Source of the DNA: Eledone cirrhosa
Taxonomy: Eukaryota
Assembly: GCA_964016885.1 (NCBI GenBank)
Contig: OZ024743.1
Coordinates: 277,946,001 to 278,010,000 of the forward strand
Length of the DNA: 64,000 bases
Direction of reading: 5' to 3'
Below are positions 26,635 through 42,781 of this stretch, piece after piece. Both the position numbers and the translations under genes were made by a program. The first letter of the stretch is position 1. Every line of letters begins with the position of its first letter. The notes beneath the pieces were generated by a model that had not been told where the DNA came from, did no database searches, and saw nothing but the letters and a program-made list of their open reading frames with translations.

Positions 26635-26839
26635 CATATAATACGTACACATACACAAACATACAGTTATGTATAAATATATGCATATGATTGCATGTAT
26701 CATCGGATATATGAGTGTTTATATATGTATAAATATTAACGTAATTGCATGAATTTATGTACATCTGTTTGTTATATGTCTCTACTCATTCTATTTTTCT
26801 CTCTGTGTCTCGGTATATCTATACATGTATGTATGTATG

Positions 26840-26873
<34 letters not shown>

Positions 26874-26879
26874 TGTATG

Positions 26880-26910
<31 letters not shown>

Positions 26911-27094
26911 GTATCCACAAATGTAAATATATACAACACAAGTGTAGCATAATAACCAGTTTGTGCTAGATTTCTTTGGGAAATGGAAATTCGATATCTT
27001 CCTGCCTACGCGCTCATTCAAATCATCTTGTTGACAAGACATCAAACTTATATCTATCTACCAAACAATGTATCTATCTTCGAACGATAAACAC

Positions 27095-27142
<48 letters not shown>

Positions 27143-27144
<2 letters not shown>

Positions 27145-28472
27145 GGTGGACAAGGTTGAAAGGGCTGAGGTCAGACACCTTTCTCTCCGGCCAACAACTG
27201 ATTCTTTTTTTCAAATACCACTTTGGAAGAAGAATCAGGATGGAGAGAGAGGTGTTGTACCCCAGAAAGTTTTATGAAAGGTGGGTGAAACTGGAGAGAA
27301 TGGCCCGAGTGAATGGGCCTTCTCTTTATATCAGCCTGTATGTTGAGGAAAAGGAGGAGGAGAGGAAAGGAGTACACACTCTTCGTACTCCTGGAGATGA
27401 GGGTTGCACATTTTTTCGGGGGTATGTGTTACCCATATGAACTATCTCCCCCTATTGGGGAAAATCGACTAATTTTTAAATTGCATTTGTGATAATATTT
27501 TACACGTTTTTATTGTATGTAAACTCCCCCCTTTGTATTTGTCCCCTTCTTTTGTGGCCCTGTGGCTAATAAAGAAACATATCTATCTATCTATAGGGAT
27601 TAGTGGAGGGTAAGTCCGACGACGTTCTCGGGGAAACTCTAGGCATCGAGGAGGACGAACTGAACAGTCTGGTCGGGAGGACTTTCCAGGATCTATGGAT
27701 AACTTCCAGAGGTCTCTCCTGGCAGTGCTACCGAGGAGCTCTACCTGTTCGAGACAAAATCTACAGGCATGGACGCCCTGGCAGAGATCCTGCCAAAAGG
27801 ACCTGTCAAAGATGGGAGCAGGGCATCGAAACCGTTCTGCACGCAATTTTTCAGTACCCAGGGGTTACCGACCTGTGGAATTATGTCGAACAGCTACTGT
27901 CACGTGTAGGACGCATCCAGTTGTCAGCCGAGTCCATCGTGAGGATCACCCCGCCGCCTTCATTTAAGAATGAAGGAGAGGCGGTCTTCCTCTGTCTTGT
28001 GGCTATGGCGAAAGAGGTAATATGGTGGACTAGGTTAAAACGACTGAAGGCAAACACCTTTCTCTCCGGACAACAACTCATCCCTTTCATACCACTTCAG
28101 AAGGAAGGTGAGAGTGGAGAGAGAGGTGCTACACCACAGTAAATTCGCTGAAAGTGGGTGAATGTGGCGAAAATGGCCCGAATGAATGGGCCTTCTCTGT
28201 ATATAAACCTGTAGGTAGAGGAAGATAAACAAAGGGAAGATGGGAACAACTACAAAACGTGTTCCTGGTGTTGAGGGTTGTTCTATCCACGGGGTGTAAA
28301 ACAACCCTGCAGTAACGTTCCCCCCTATTGGGATTTCAATTTTTATTTTATTATATATAGTTTATTGTTATTTATTAATGTTAAAGTTATATGATTTTAA
28401 TGTAAAAAACCCCGCCGTCACGTCTTGTAATGTCCCATTTTTGTACGCTCCTGTGGCAAATAAAGAAAGAAA
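27143..28472 (+). mobile_element. Two tandem 5'-truncated Tx1/L1-group copies (27143-27577 and 27595-28472)
   Basis: Homologous to 14530-15395. Each is bounded by (atct)n. Confidence 0.85.
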
Positions 28473-29930
28473 GATATCTATCTATCTATCTATCTGACTA
28501 ACTAACTAACTATCCATCTACCTATCTATATATATAGTTTTCTCCCTATCTATCTTTCGTCAGTATCAATGACGAGTATTTACTACTTCAACTAACAGAA
28601 GTCTGAATTGTGAATTATCGTTGAGTATTTCACAGATACGTGAAGCTTTACCATATTCCATATCCAGAATCAGCGTGACGCAATATTTGATGAGGCAAGA
28701 TCTTGGAATTTTAGGTACAATCCGGTCGATATAGCACCTACTCAACTTTACTCACAATTCTTGTGTCGATAAAATGCTGAGGTATAGACTCTTGTCCAAG
28801 CTATAACGTCAGCTATGCCTGCATCTACACACACACACACACACTCACACTCACACACAAACACACACACACAAACTCACACACAGACACACACACCAAC
28901 TCACACTCATGCACACACACACCAAGTCACACACATGCACACTCACACACACGCGCGCACGCACACACACACTCGGCCTCTCACACACACCCGCACACCC
29001 GCACATACACACACACACACACACATCAATATATACAAACATTCAACTGTACACAATAAGAACCTGGCTGAAATAATTATAGGGTTAGTGTGGTTGTTGC
29101 TTCTTAACAGAAATCCAATGCTGTTTCTGTTTGAGTTGAAGTGGTAGAATATCTTCAAAGCGAATTGAATTGATAGTTGATACTTAAGCGAAGTATTTGT
29201 CCATGGGAACTCTACCGTAAACAAATTTGTTAGAGTTATTCGCATTCCTAGCGGAATATGTTTCCACGTCGAAAACGATGCTCCACTGGAACCAGTACTA
29301 CTCGATATGATTGACAAAATACTTCAAGTTGATGCTCCCGCATGACCATAGTCCAGTGCCAAGAATTAGTAACAGAGTAGAGGGTTGTACGTAGAACAAA
29401 GACCAAGACGACATGATCGTCAATAACTACAAACAGGTACAACAGCTACCATAACTACATCATCGATAATAGCACCAAAAGCATTACCAAGCATTAGTAT
29501 AGTTAGCCACGATACAATAATTATAGTAGGGTTACGTCTTACAGATATACGATTGGTCCATGAGGGAGCCAGCACGCGGTAGTAAGATGTGGTAGAATTT
29601 GCATCCAAATTTCATACATAATGTTTTGTATTATCTGTTCTAACTCGTTACGCTCGGAGTTGAAATCCTGTCGTGGTAAAGTTTGCTATACAGCCTTCCG
29701 AGGTCTATCAAGTAAGCACCAATCTCGGTGGTGGACTGTAGTAATTGTTAGTCTGGAAGGGGAAAAGCTGCATGAGCATCTGATATTTTTCCCGTGTATT
29801 GGAGAGGTAATTTCAAGTTGCAGATATACAACCATTTAAAACAGACGCCTAAGACCATTGAGATTATCAATACTATATATATATATATATTTCTTTCTAT
29901 ATATATATCTTTATTATTATTAGTATTATA

Positions 29931-30125
29931 AGGGCGGTGGATTGGCAGTATCGGTAAAAGGTCGGACGCCATGCTTTCCAGCATAGTTACGTCCCTTTAC
30001 GATCTGAGTTCAAATCCCGCCGAGGTTGACTTTGCCTTTCATCCTTACGGGGTCGATAAAATAAAGTACCAGTAATGCACTGGGTAATTGCTAGCTTTGT
30101 GCCTAAAGTAGAAACAATTACTATT
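29931..30125 (+). mobile_element. SINE family 1, full length
   Basis: gggcggtggattggcagtatcggt (A-box-like), gagttcaaatccc (B box), conserved core and an (att)-rich tail. Confidence 0.85.
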
Positions 30126-30775
30126 AATATCATATTTATTTTGATGTGATCGTTTGATTTCGTAACTTTGCCGGTTATGCATTTAACTATATCGTTCCTT
30201 CTTACGTCATTTATTTCCTTTCTCTCTCATTTCCATATGTGCCCCTTCCTTTATTTATTTATCATTAATACTATTATTGATGTAGTTTACCGTTATGCAT
30301 ATATTTTATATTTCTTAATAGTTTCTGATGAAATGAATGAAATTATATGTATTGTAAATTGAATTATTCTGTCTCCAGTATTTAGCAATTTATAGAGAAC
30401 TCTATCATAGAAACAATTGTAAGACTGTAAATAGATATCCTTCTTTGTACTGTCGACCATGTTCTTCACTTTTTTATTACTCCAAGATATATTTACATAG
30501 GAATACAAGCGAAGTCATAAAATCGTCACCAACGAAAACCTATTGTTGAGTCAGACGGCACCGTACGCTTAAACTGTCCATGATAAGTAGTTCTCACAGA
30601 CTCTTATCGGATTACCTTTAACGATTTATTGTTATCCCCCCCCCCCATATATATATATATATATATACATATATGCACATTCATACACTCACACATGTGC
30701 ACATATACACACTAATCAATGACATCGTAATTACACATCTGGAATACTGGTGTTCCATTGGAACGTAAGTAGCAA

Positions 30776-30806
<31 letters not shown>

Positions 30807-31182
30807 GGGTGGGGTGGGGGGGGTGAAAACATATAATGGATATGCATATGTTTAGTGTGGGGTATTTTAATCTATGAGAACGTCAGATGCTAGTATTTCA
30901 GGATTTCTATACATTTTCAATGACGCTTTTTCACTCGGAACTGACGGAAAATAACTCATGACAGGTATAGACTTTGCCAATAAAATATGTATTGAGATGC
31001 ATATCGTGGGGCGTTAACGGGTCGGTATGATTTAGCAGTAGGAATAACAGAACCTGAAGAATAGAAGTCTTTATGAAAGCATATTCAATATGTTATAACA
31101 CACATACATAAGTCTCACCTGTACATATTTTAAGCTGTGATCATGTCAAAACTACTTCTATCGCCGTATATATAAATGCATT

Positions 31183-31235
<53 letters not shown>

Positions 31236-31243
31236 AATATATG

Positions 31244-31313
<70 letters not shown>

Positions 31314-31413
31314 AACATACACATACACACACACATATATATACATACATAGATAGATAGATTATAGATATATATATATATAATTATATGTATATATATA
31401 TATATATATATAG

Positions 31414-31453
<40 letters not shown>

Positions 31454-31551
31454 ATAATAAATGTGAAGACTAAAATTCTAAGAGGGCTCGATAATGATTA
31501 TATATATAAAAAATATATATAAACCCGGAGAGAAAGTATTTATTATAAGAA

Positions 31552-31689
31552 AAGATGAAAATTTAAGCAAAGAATCGGTGCGTTCACCCTTAACCTGATC
31601 TTCTGAAACTAGTATATATATAGTTTCATATAATTTCAGAAAATCCCGTTAAGGGTGAAAGCAGCGATTCTTTGCTTAAACTTTCATCT
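31552..31689. repeat. Imperfect palindrome with degenerate hammerhead-like arms; a single arm also occurs at 60808-60866
   Basis: taagcaaagaatcg..caccct taac versus gttaagggtgaaagcagcgattctttgctta. Confidence 0.65.
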
Positions 31690-31695
31690 GTTTTT

Positions 31696-31771
<76 letters not shown>

Positions 31772-31785
31772 TATATGTATATAGC

Positions 31786-31841
<56 letters not shown>

Positions 31842-31856
31842 ATATATATGTTTATT

Positions 31857-31888
<32 letters not shown>

Positions 31889-31895
<7 letters not shown>

Positions 31896-32307
31896 ACTAG
31901 AAATTGATTGACATATATATATATATTTAAAATAAACACATGGAACAATCACAGAGGATAATTTGTAAAGTGTGTAATCACACATAGCTAGCTAGGTAAC
32001 TAATTAAAGTTTAACTAGAGCTTCAAATATTACCTTTTAAAAAATGATTAATTAATGATTTTAAAAGGTAATATTTGAAGCTCTAGTTAAACTTGAATTA
32101 GTTACCTACTTAGCTATGTGTGATTACGCACTTTACAAATTATACCCTGTGATTATTTCATGTGTTTATTTTAAATATAAGTATATATGTCAATCAATTT
32201 CTAGTTGATATAAAATGCTCGGATCTATTCATTGGAATCTTTGAGTTTATTATACGGTGGATATGGCGCATGTCTCGGACATGACTCCCTTAATTTAATT
32301 TAATAAA
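31889..32307. mobile_element. Head-to-head palindrome (31889-32212) of the 550-bp hammerhead family, with the right arm extended
   Basis: Arms of about 160 bp centred near 32051. Homologous to 38901-39062 and 39355-39472. Confidence 0.85.
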
Positions 32308-32319
32308 ATTTATTTTGTG

Positions 32320-32369
<50 letters not shown>

Positions 32370-32421
32370 TATATATCAATATATCTATAAATATGTATAT
32401 ATACATATAGTTATATATCTA

Positions 32422-32519
<98 letters not shown>

Positions 32520-33494
32520 AGCAGAGTAAGAGGTGGAGATGGATGGGGAGAGAGGACTGACCGAGCCTTGCTCCTTTCTATGCCTATACTATCCTGTAGA
32601 CTCTCTAAATGGTTACTTAAGCTAGAAACTTGGTGGGAGCATGGCTAGCTGGCTAGCTTCAAAAGGCTCGAAGATGAATCATTTAATGTTCATGCAATTT
32701 CATTGATGTCGAGGGTTATTTATTGTCAAATTTGATTGGGTATTAGGGATCACGTGGTCAAATATCCCATATTAGCTCCTATGTCAATATCGGACACTTC
32801 TACTGGCGGCCTTCATGCAACTCATAGAAAAACAGAAACAAAATAAATCAGGCATGTTTCTACACACTTCGTATCATTATTAATTAACACGTTGATGTTG
32901 ATGGGGGACTGAATTTCCTGTACGCACGTACAATATATCAGGACCTACCAAGGTAGGTTTTAGTTTACCTTCTACTTGTTAGTATACAATGGACGTGAAA
33001 TTATAAAGACCCTAATATTATATTTGCGTGAGCCTGTTTGCGTTTATGACTATATACATATTCAACCTTGTTTGATAGTAGCTTTGTGTATATGTATGTA
33101 TGTTTATATGTATTTATATATATGTATGGATTGATGGCGGGATGGATGGATGCATGTATGTATGCATGTGCATATATGTCTGTGTGTATATGTAGACGTT
33201 TAACATATTTATATGGAAATTATATTATAAATTATATCATTCACATGTTCAAATATGTATGTATATAGCTGTGGGGCTCTATGTATATGACTTCTTTATA
33301 TATATTTGCAGCATAATATTTATGCACAGTTACATGTATAAACGTATATGTGCATATGCTCTTCGATTGTTAGCATATATCACACGTATATTTGTTTAAG
33401 TGGATGTGAGATTTATATGTGTCTGTGTGAGTAAGCGCACACACAGTTACACAGACACACTGATAGACACACATACACATACACATCATAATAA

Positions 33495-33569
<75 letters not shown>

Positions 33570-34578
33570 TATATATATATATATACATTAGTATAAATGT
33601 ATTGCATAGGCGAACCATTCAATCTTGTTTTATATGCAATTAGTTATATAGTATAGTTGGGCGAAAATATGTGTGAATTTATATAATATATTTCGTAGAT
33701 ATATATTGTCTTTACATGTGTGTATGATGTAAACGTGTGTGAATGTGTTGCGTGTGTGTTTGTGTGTTTATGTATGAGGGATGTATCCATACAATTCTAA
33801 TAAATATGGATCAAATTTGCAGGCGAAATTTGAATTTGAAATGAAATTATTCTTTGGAAAAGTGTCACGAAATTATATTAGATTTTAGAACAGTTGAAAC
33901 AAATTAGTATCTCTTTTTGATCCCTTGTTGTCGTCAATTCATTACACTGTATTTCGTAAATGTTTTTTACAAAATACTGGAACATCCTTGGAAACTATTT
34001 CCGCAGTGATATTATTTTAACATTTTTGCATTTGTTAAGAATTGATTTAACGAAATCAAAAGATTTTTAAAGCTGCAAAGACTTTCCCAATACCTTAAAT
34101 CATGGAATTCAAAGCGTACGAAATACGTAGCAATTCGATTTTCACTTTTGGGATTATTCTATTAGTGATATATATTTTAATGTACTTTTTCAAGACGATA
34201 TTTTAATGTACTTTTTCAGAGATATTCCGCTACTATTTCATGACGGCCAAGTGACCACCTATAAACTCCCTCATCAGCCCATATACATATGATGCTGTTC
34301 ACCTTGTTTAATCCCAACTCTGCCATGATCTGGAAAACCTATGATCAAAAGCCTTCCAGTATTGCCCATCAAGTTTTTTTGTGTGTCTACGTTTTCACTA
34401 TCCAATGTGTCCTTCCATTTCTTTAAGACGGTAGGATACGATTTGAGAAATTGATGACTGCTATTTCCACCACCTCAAGTGCCTGATCTCGTGTTGTTTC
34501 GTGACGTTTTTATAATAAACATTTGTGTGAGACATAATTTAAAACAAAATTGCTTATTTTTTCTATACTATATACAGA

Positions 34579-34672
34579 TAATTGTTTCTACTTTAGGCAC
34601 AAGGCCAGCAATTATCCAGTGCATTACTGGTACTTTATTTTATCGATCCCGTAAGGATGAAAGGCAAAGTCA
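34579..34672 (-). mobile_element. SINE family 1, partial
   Basis: Same core as 29931-30125. Confidence 0.8.
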
Positions 34673-34763
34673 ATAATAAGATGCTAATTGAACACTTTAA
34701 TATTTTCAGGCTGTCAGATTTGTAAATGGATATGGCAATCATGGATATACAAAGAGAATTACA

Positions 34764-36128
<1,365 letters not shown>

Positions 36129-36333
36129 GTTTTAGCGAATTATCGAAACTTGGTTAACGGCATGCATTACCGGGTGTTAATTCTTGTTTTAAATTATTTT
36201 CCACCAAATAGTATATTATTACACATATTTAATAAATTATAAATGGGAAATCATATCCGCATATTTGCGCAATATATATGCATGTGTATATATGAATATA
36301 TACCTATCGGTCAGACTGTCTCTTTTTCTCTGT

Positions 36334-36424
<91 letters not shown>

Positions 36425-36958
36425 TGCATTCTCATCTTTGAAATACGTATAATGTATTAGATAATAAAATGATGATGTACGAATAAAACCGTCTCTCTTA
36501 TTTATTATATAATATATATATATACATACATAGATATACACATGTGTATATTACAAATATAAAAAATATGTGATCTCCATGTTTTCTGAAGAATTATGTT
36601 ATGATTCGAGGGTGATTCCTTTGCTATTTCCAGCTGGCTAAGATACAAATAATCGGCTCACCCCGTTTTCTCTTCCGTATTTATATATAAGACAAATCTT
36701 ACTTATGTTGTTTATCTACAATATATTCATACATATCATACCACGAATATATTATACGGAAACAAATTATCCATTTCACATATCATACATGTATTTATGG
36801 TGTGATAAAAAGCATATTAATTTTTATAGTGTATATCTGGAAATTAGTGACATAGAGTTAATGGTTGCTACTACTGAATTGTGATCGGTATCACAGTACA
36901 TTCATGCACACTATATGAATAAATAATCACACATACACATACACAGACACAGACACAG

Positions 36959-37017
<59 letters not shown>

Positions 37018-37949
37018 AAGATATATAATTTAGAGAACGCGGCGCCAAGTGGTTTCGGCTTGTGTGTACAGGAAGCCTCCCTAAAGGTATAGTAATATCT
37101 GTAGGGTGTGAAAAAATAGGTCACTGCTCTTGGTAGTGATCTGGTTGAGTTTATCATAGTGGTAAACTGGTCAGATGGAGGAAGAGGAGGGAGGGACAGA
37201 CAGTGGTAAGTTTATCTAGATGGCAAATATATATATTATGGTATAATCAAGGTTGTAGCTTAAATGTACATACATACATTGCCTTAGACGTCGTCAATTT
37301 AATATTCTTTCATTTTTCGATGTATCAAAGGTACTATACGATCTGCAATATAATAGGCAGAGCGTTGAATAGAAACCTTGTGATATTCTTCTCGACTTTC
37401 TACGCACGGAGGTCAAATTCTGTCCAGACCATTTATCCTTTAAGAATCAATAAATAAATTACAAGCATAGTTCATTGTACTGGCGAACGTATTGGAGCGT
37501 CGGGCAATGTGATTTATGGTATCTATTCCGACTTTTTCGGTTATCTTTTCAAATTCGGCATAAATAGAAATGAATCGATAATGGATGAATGCGGAAAAAG
37601 GTATTCAATTTGCGAAAATTTTGGAAACTCCATTAACAGTTTAAATTTCAGAAATCATTCCAAAACAAGCAATATTTTTTCTTGTCTTTCCTGTAACTGT
37701 ATTACACCAAACAATTTCCTCTTTAACAGTACCTGTCTCTCGAAAGCTTTAATCTATTGTTAATGACCAGTCATAAAGTAATAGCGTTCCCTGGAACTCT
37801 ATTGATTTAAGCTAGAATTGTTTAAAAAATCAGCATATTCATAGATGAAAGAAATAAGAAAATCAAATTTTCTTCAAGTCTTTCTGATCACATTGGGATT
37901 TTAAAGAAGGGATATACGACATTCCTTTTTTTCTTGTGCTAGAGACCGC

Positions 37950-38545
37950 TGCACTTATGTGATGTTCCCCCTGTAGTGTAACCAGCTCATGTTAGTGGTA
38001 TTAGGGTGTGGGATGTCCATATTCTCATGTGTGCGGAGTTCCAGGCACTCATTCAGTATATGTTTAACAGTCTGCTTTGGCGCGCTACACTGGCAAGCTG
38101 TTGACATACGAAGCCCCAGATGGTACATGACCATATAGAATCGGCCGAAGCCCGTACGTAGCCGATTCAGGGAGGTTAGCTCATGTTGCATTGAGATTGA
38201 CACTCATTTGGGTGGACCGAGTTGTCTATTGCCAGCTAGCTCTACATGTGTGCGGCTTGTTGAAATCTGAGTCTCGTAGTTTTGCTGCATGACGAGAGAG
38301 AAGGTGTCATGACATCAAGCGATGTTGGCCCTATAGCTGAAAATCCTCAGCTTTCATTGAGCGATGACATGGGTCTATTGAGGCCCTGGTTGCCAACGTA
38401 TGTGTGAGATACCCTCTACAAAGGTGTGCAAGAGCAATGACCGAGAACATAGCTATATTCTCAGTTGATGTAGGGCGGAGACATCCGGGGATATGCCTCA
38501 AGATTTCATTCAAGGCTGTAACTAGCTTCTTTGTGTGGGGGCGTT
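37950..38545 (-). pseudogene. Decayed LINE 3' region (Jockey/I/CR1-group, clade uncertain)
   Basis: ALNEILRHIPGCLRPT..IA and LNRLRTGFGR...CQCSAPKQTVKHILNEC (CCHC-like). Confidence 0.7.
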
Positions 38546-38810
38546 TCGAGGTGGGTCCTCGAAAATAATCTCTGATCTCGATTAAACGAACGACAACAAA
38601 GTGAGACAAAGCAGCAAATCAACGGTATATGTGGCGTTACAAATCTACTGGTAGGAAAGCGTGTAGAATTAGAATTGCTGCGGGTTATAAAATATCTTTT
38701 TAAAATAAAGTCATGCTTGTCTGTGTGTCTAACACAGAGCCCACATATACACACTATTTGCAATAATATGATTGGTCCGTAAAATTAAATGTCTTACAAC
38801 AATACATACA

Positions 38811-38860
<50 letters not shown>

Positions 38861-38865
<5 letters not shown>

Positions 38866-39528
38866 TCTACAAATTGATTGACATATATATATATATATAT
38901 ATATCATCTACAAATTGATTGACATATATATATATATTTAAAATAAACACATGAAACAATCACAGGGGATAATTTGTAAAGTGTGTAAACACACACAGCT
39001 AGGTATGTAACTGATTAAAGTTTAACTAGATCTTCAAATATTACCTTTAAACAATGATTAATCCTCCTTGTATATATTTCATTAAAGAAATATATTTCAC
39101 TAAAAATCCGTAAAATCACAGCAGTTGAATCTTAGATCATCAGCAAGGAGGAAGAAATAACTGTCTGTGTTTACGCATCAAATACAAATCTGCGAGAGAC
39201 CCGTCGCATGAGGCTGCAATTCTAAAACAACAAACAACATACTAGCGTCCTCCCATTGGTGTGAATAGGGTGGTCGACAGCTTTAAATAGCAGCCAAGTC
39301 CTTTCAACCGATTTAGCTCTACAGATAAGGAGCCATTTATATATCCGAAATAGATTTAATTAAATTAAATTAAAGGAGTCATGTCCGAGACATGCGCCAT
39401 ATCCACTGTAGAATAAGCTCAAAGATTCCAATGAATAGATCCGAGCATTTTATATCATCTAGAAATTGATTGGATATGGCGCATGTCTCGGACATGACTC
39501 CTTTAATTTAATTAAATTAAATCTATTT

Positions 39529-39537
<9 letters not shown>
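38861..39537 (-). mobile_element. About 550-bp hammerhead-bearing unit with a repeated junction and a terminal inversion
   Basis: tatcatcta(c/g)aaattgattg occurs at 38861, about 38902 and about 39453. 39472-39537 inverts 39340-39404. (TA)n on both sides. Confidence 0.8.
39063..39151 (-). ncRNA. Type I hammerhead ribozyme with a full stem III
   Basis: cctccttg-CTGATGA-tctaagattc...gatttttagt-GAAA-tatatttc/tttaat/gaaatata-TA-caaggagg. Confidence 0.8.
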
Positions 39538-39612
<75 letters not shown>

Positions 39613-39613
39613 G

Positions 39614-39911
39614 TATAAAATTGCAAGTTTGAAGAATTATTAGATAAAATATATACAGTCTTTCCTCTCCCTAGTCTGTATAAATCAAACTATGAAGAAA
39701 TAATAGACAAATGATACAGACTATCTTCCGCGAGGGACGGCCAGATAAAATTTATCTAGTTATTCCTTTTAGCCCGTAGAAATTGATTCGACAAATAATC
39801 AACTAAATGGAGTTAGGTTTAAAATAGAAGTTAGAAGAAAAAATGTATATAAATTTTACCAAAAGACTGTATATATTTTATCTAATAGTTCTTCAAACTT
39901 GCAATTTTATA
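39614..39911. repeat. Element with 50-bp terminal inverted repeats (MITE-like or fold-back)
   Basis: 39614-39663 versus 39862-39911, about one mismatch, TA at both ends. Confidence 0.75.
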
Positions 39912-40347
39912 TATAGCCCTGAATAATAATTATTTGCTTAATTAATTCTTCATTGAGCCACACCGTGAAAAGTAACCACACCCATATATGTATCTGTGAC
40001 TATGTCAAATTATATACATATCCCTTTGAATTTGATATATATCTACACACACACACACACACACATATATATATGTATATACGTATATATGAAGAGGATG
40101 GCACGATCGATTAGGCTTTTTGAGCCAAGAAACAGTTAGCGACCTAACCATTATCATGCTAGTCGATATATTGATCTTCAAAGAACAATCAATATTCTGA
40201 AACGATCGTAAAACAGTGAACTAATTAACTATGTATCTGACATGTGCAGATTCTTCTTCAAAGCCTAATCTCCCTGAAACCAACTCTTCAAAGACCCATT
40301 GAGTTCTAACAACGTTATCGGCCTCCATTACAAACATGTAGAACCCA

Positions 40348-40412
<65 letters not shown>

Positions 40413-41010
40413 TATAATATACAGTATGTATATATATATAAATATATATATATGCATACATATATATATATATATATATGTATTGTAGTGAAAATCAGGT
40501 TATATCCATTTACATATACATACAAATACACTTACATATATACTTATATACACGTTTACATGCATACATTCACACACACACTCACACATATATATTTATA
40601 CATGTGTGCGTGTGTGTGTGTGTAACCATATATATAATATATATAGATATATTTATGGTGATATTGGGGTATTCTAATATAGATCCTGGTAAAGATAAAA
40701 GAAACTCGATGCTATCCAGTTTCCTTGATTCAGCAGTAATTCAAAGTCTGCTAAGGACTTTATCAGCTGTTAGAGATTGTTGTAGGATACGGGCTTCAGA
40801 GCTCAGAAATTACTATTGAAAACATAGGTTTCAATATAGAGCGATCGGCCATACCTGGTCACATCGCTCTACATATCCTCAGCAGTCCAGATATTGTTTG
40901 AGGTGTCAAGAGAGATGTACAACTACCTCGAATGTATCACAGCATGGCCCACCGCTCTAAAATATTGAAACTTATGTAGAGTAAAGGTATGATTTCAGTA
41001 TAAGTTGGTC

Positions 41011-41048
<38 letters not shown>

Positions 41049-41055
41049 TGTCTCT

Positions 41056-41104
<49 letters not shown>

Positions 41105-41302
41105 AGTGTGGGTGTGGGTGTGTGTGAGAATGGGAGAGAATATGGTCCGAAATCATTAGACGTGTCCGTCGAACCTGCGGGTCCAGAATCTGAGAGATCC
41201 ACACAATGATCGCGTCTCGAGCTGTCCGCTGGCGAAACAATTGTAACACACAATAAATTGAGTTCAGATGCATCACTGATTTTTTGTTTTCTATTCTATA
41301 CA

Positions 41303-41385
<83 letters not shown>

Positions 41386-41416
41386 ATGTATATATATATA
41401 TATATATATATAAATA

Positions 41417-42415
41417 TCTCCAGTGCAAGACGCATACAATAGTCCACTACAATGATAAAAAGGTATGGAGCCAATGTATCTCTATGGAGCACTCCAGCCA
41501 GTATCTCAAAGAACTCTGCCATCCCATCAGGTGTAATGACTTGGGTTTTAGTGTTGGTGTAGAGAAGTGATATCAGGTCCACTATCTTCTTGGGGATTCC
41601 ATAAGCCTGTAAGATCTTCATCAAGCAGTGACGGTTCACAGAATCAAAGGCCTTCATAAAGTCGATGAAAACCAGGACTCTGGCTTTACTGTAACACCGG
41701 CTCAGAGCAGGAGAGTTAAGGCGAAAAAGATATCGGATGCTGAATTTGCCGACGACAGAATTTTGGTGACAAATACAGTGAAGGAGGCAGAGGATTTAAT
41801 ACAGGAAGTTGAGACTGTCGATGAGTGTGTGGCTGAGAATAAATGGTAGAGAATGTTGAGAAGCCTGAGGGGATTAGTAATGTAGGCGGGAAGCCGCTGG
41901 AATTATTTTTGAGGACTTCCTGCATTTGGGAGCAAAGATTGGGAATACGGAAGATGATATGGTTGAGATGAAGAGCAAAGCCTGGATGGCGTGCCACACT
42001 TTGAAGTCGGTGTGGAAGTCGGACCTTCATTGCTGTAGTGGAGTCTGTGGTGCTGTACGGGTCTGAGACTTGGACACTGACCAAGAAACTCACTCAGATG
42101 GTGGATGGGTGCTACACGAGAATGCCGAGGATGGCTCTGAACATTAATTAGTAAACACTGAGGATGGAAAACTCAGAGCTGTATGGGAGCCCCCCAAATG
42201 TCAGCTCAAAAGTGACACAGAGGAGACTGAGGTTAGCTGAACATGCTCACCGACACCCAGAGTTGACACTGCACTCAGTGCTCCTGTGGGATCCCCTGCA
42301 TGGACACACTGGAAGAGGAAGACCAAGGTTAACGTATGTTGATGCCCCAAGGATAGACACTGGTCTGTTGGAGACACAGGACATGGCAGCGGTAATGAGG
42401 GAATTTTACCCGCCC
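41417..42415 (+). mobile_element. RTE-group LINE insertion with an inverted 5' segment
   Basis: 41417-41668 (-): [32 protein letters not shown]. 41671-42415 (+): GFTVTPAQSRR..FADD..GRGRPRLTYVD. (TA)n on both sides. Confidence 0.85.
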
Positions 42416-42684
42416 TATATATATATATATATATATTATACATACACACAGAGACGTACACACACACACATATATATGTATGTGTGTGTGTATATATATA
42501 TATACACACATACATATATATATATGCGTGTGTGTGTCTCTGTGTGTCTGTGTGCATGTATATATATATATGTACATACATATATATATATACATACATA
42601 TATATACATATATATATATATACATACATATATATATATACATATATATATATATAGAGAGAGAGATAGAGAGATAGAGAGAGG

Positions 42685-42781
<97 letters not shown>

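Noticed and set aside
29050-29850. Unique sequence as a possible host exon
   Set aside because: No long open frame with a recognisable product on either strand; a UTR cannot be excluded.
29931-30025. tRNA gene
   Set aside because: The A/B boxes belong to a multi-copy SINE head; there is no cloverleaf.
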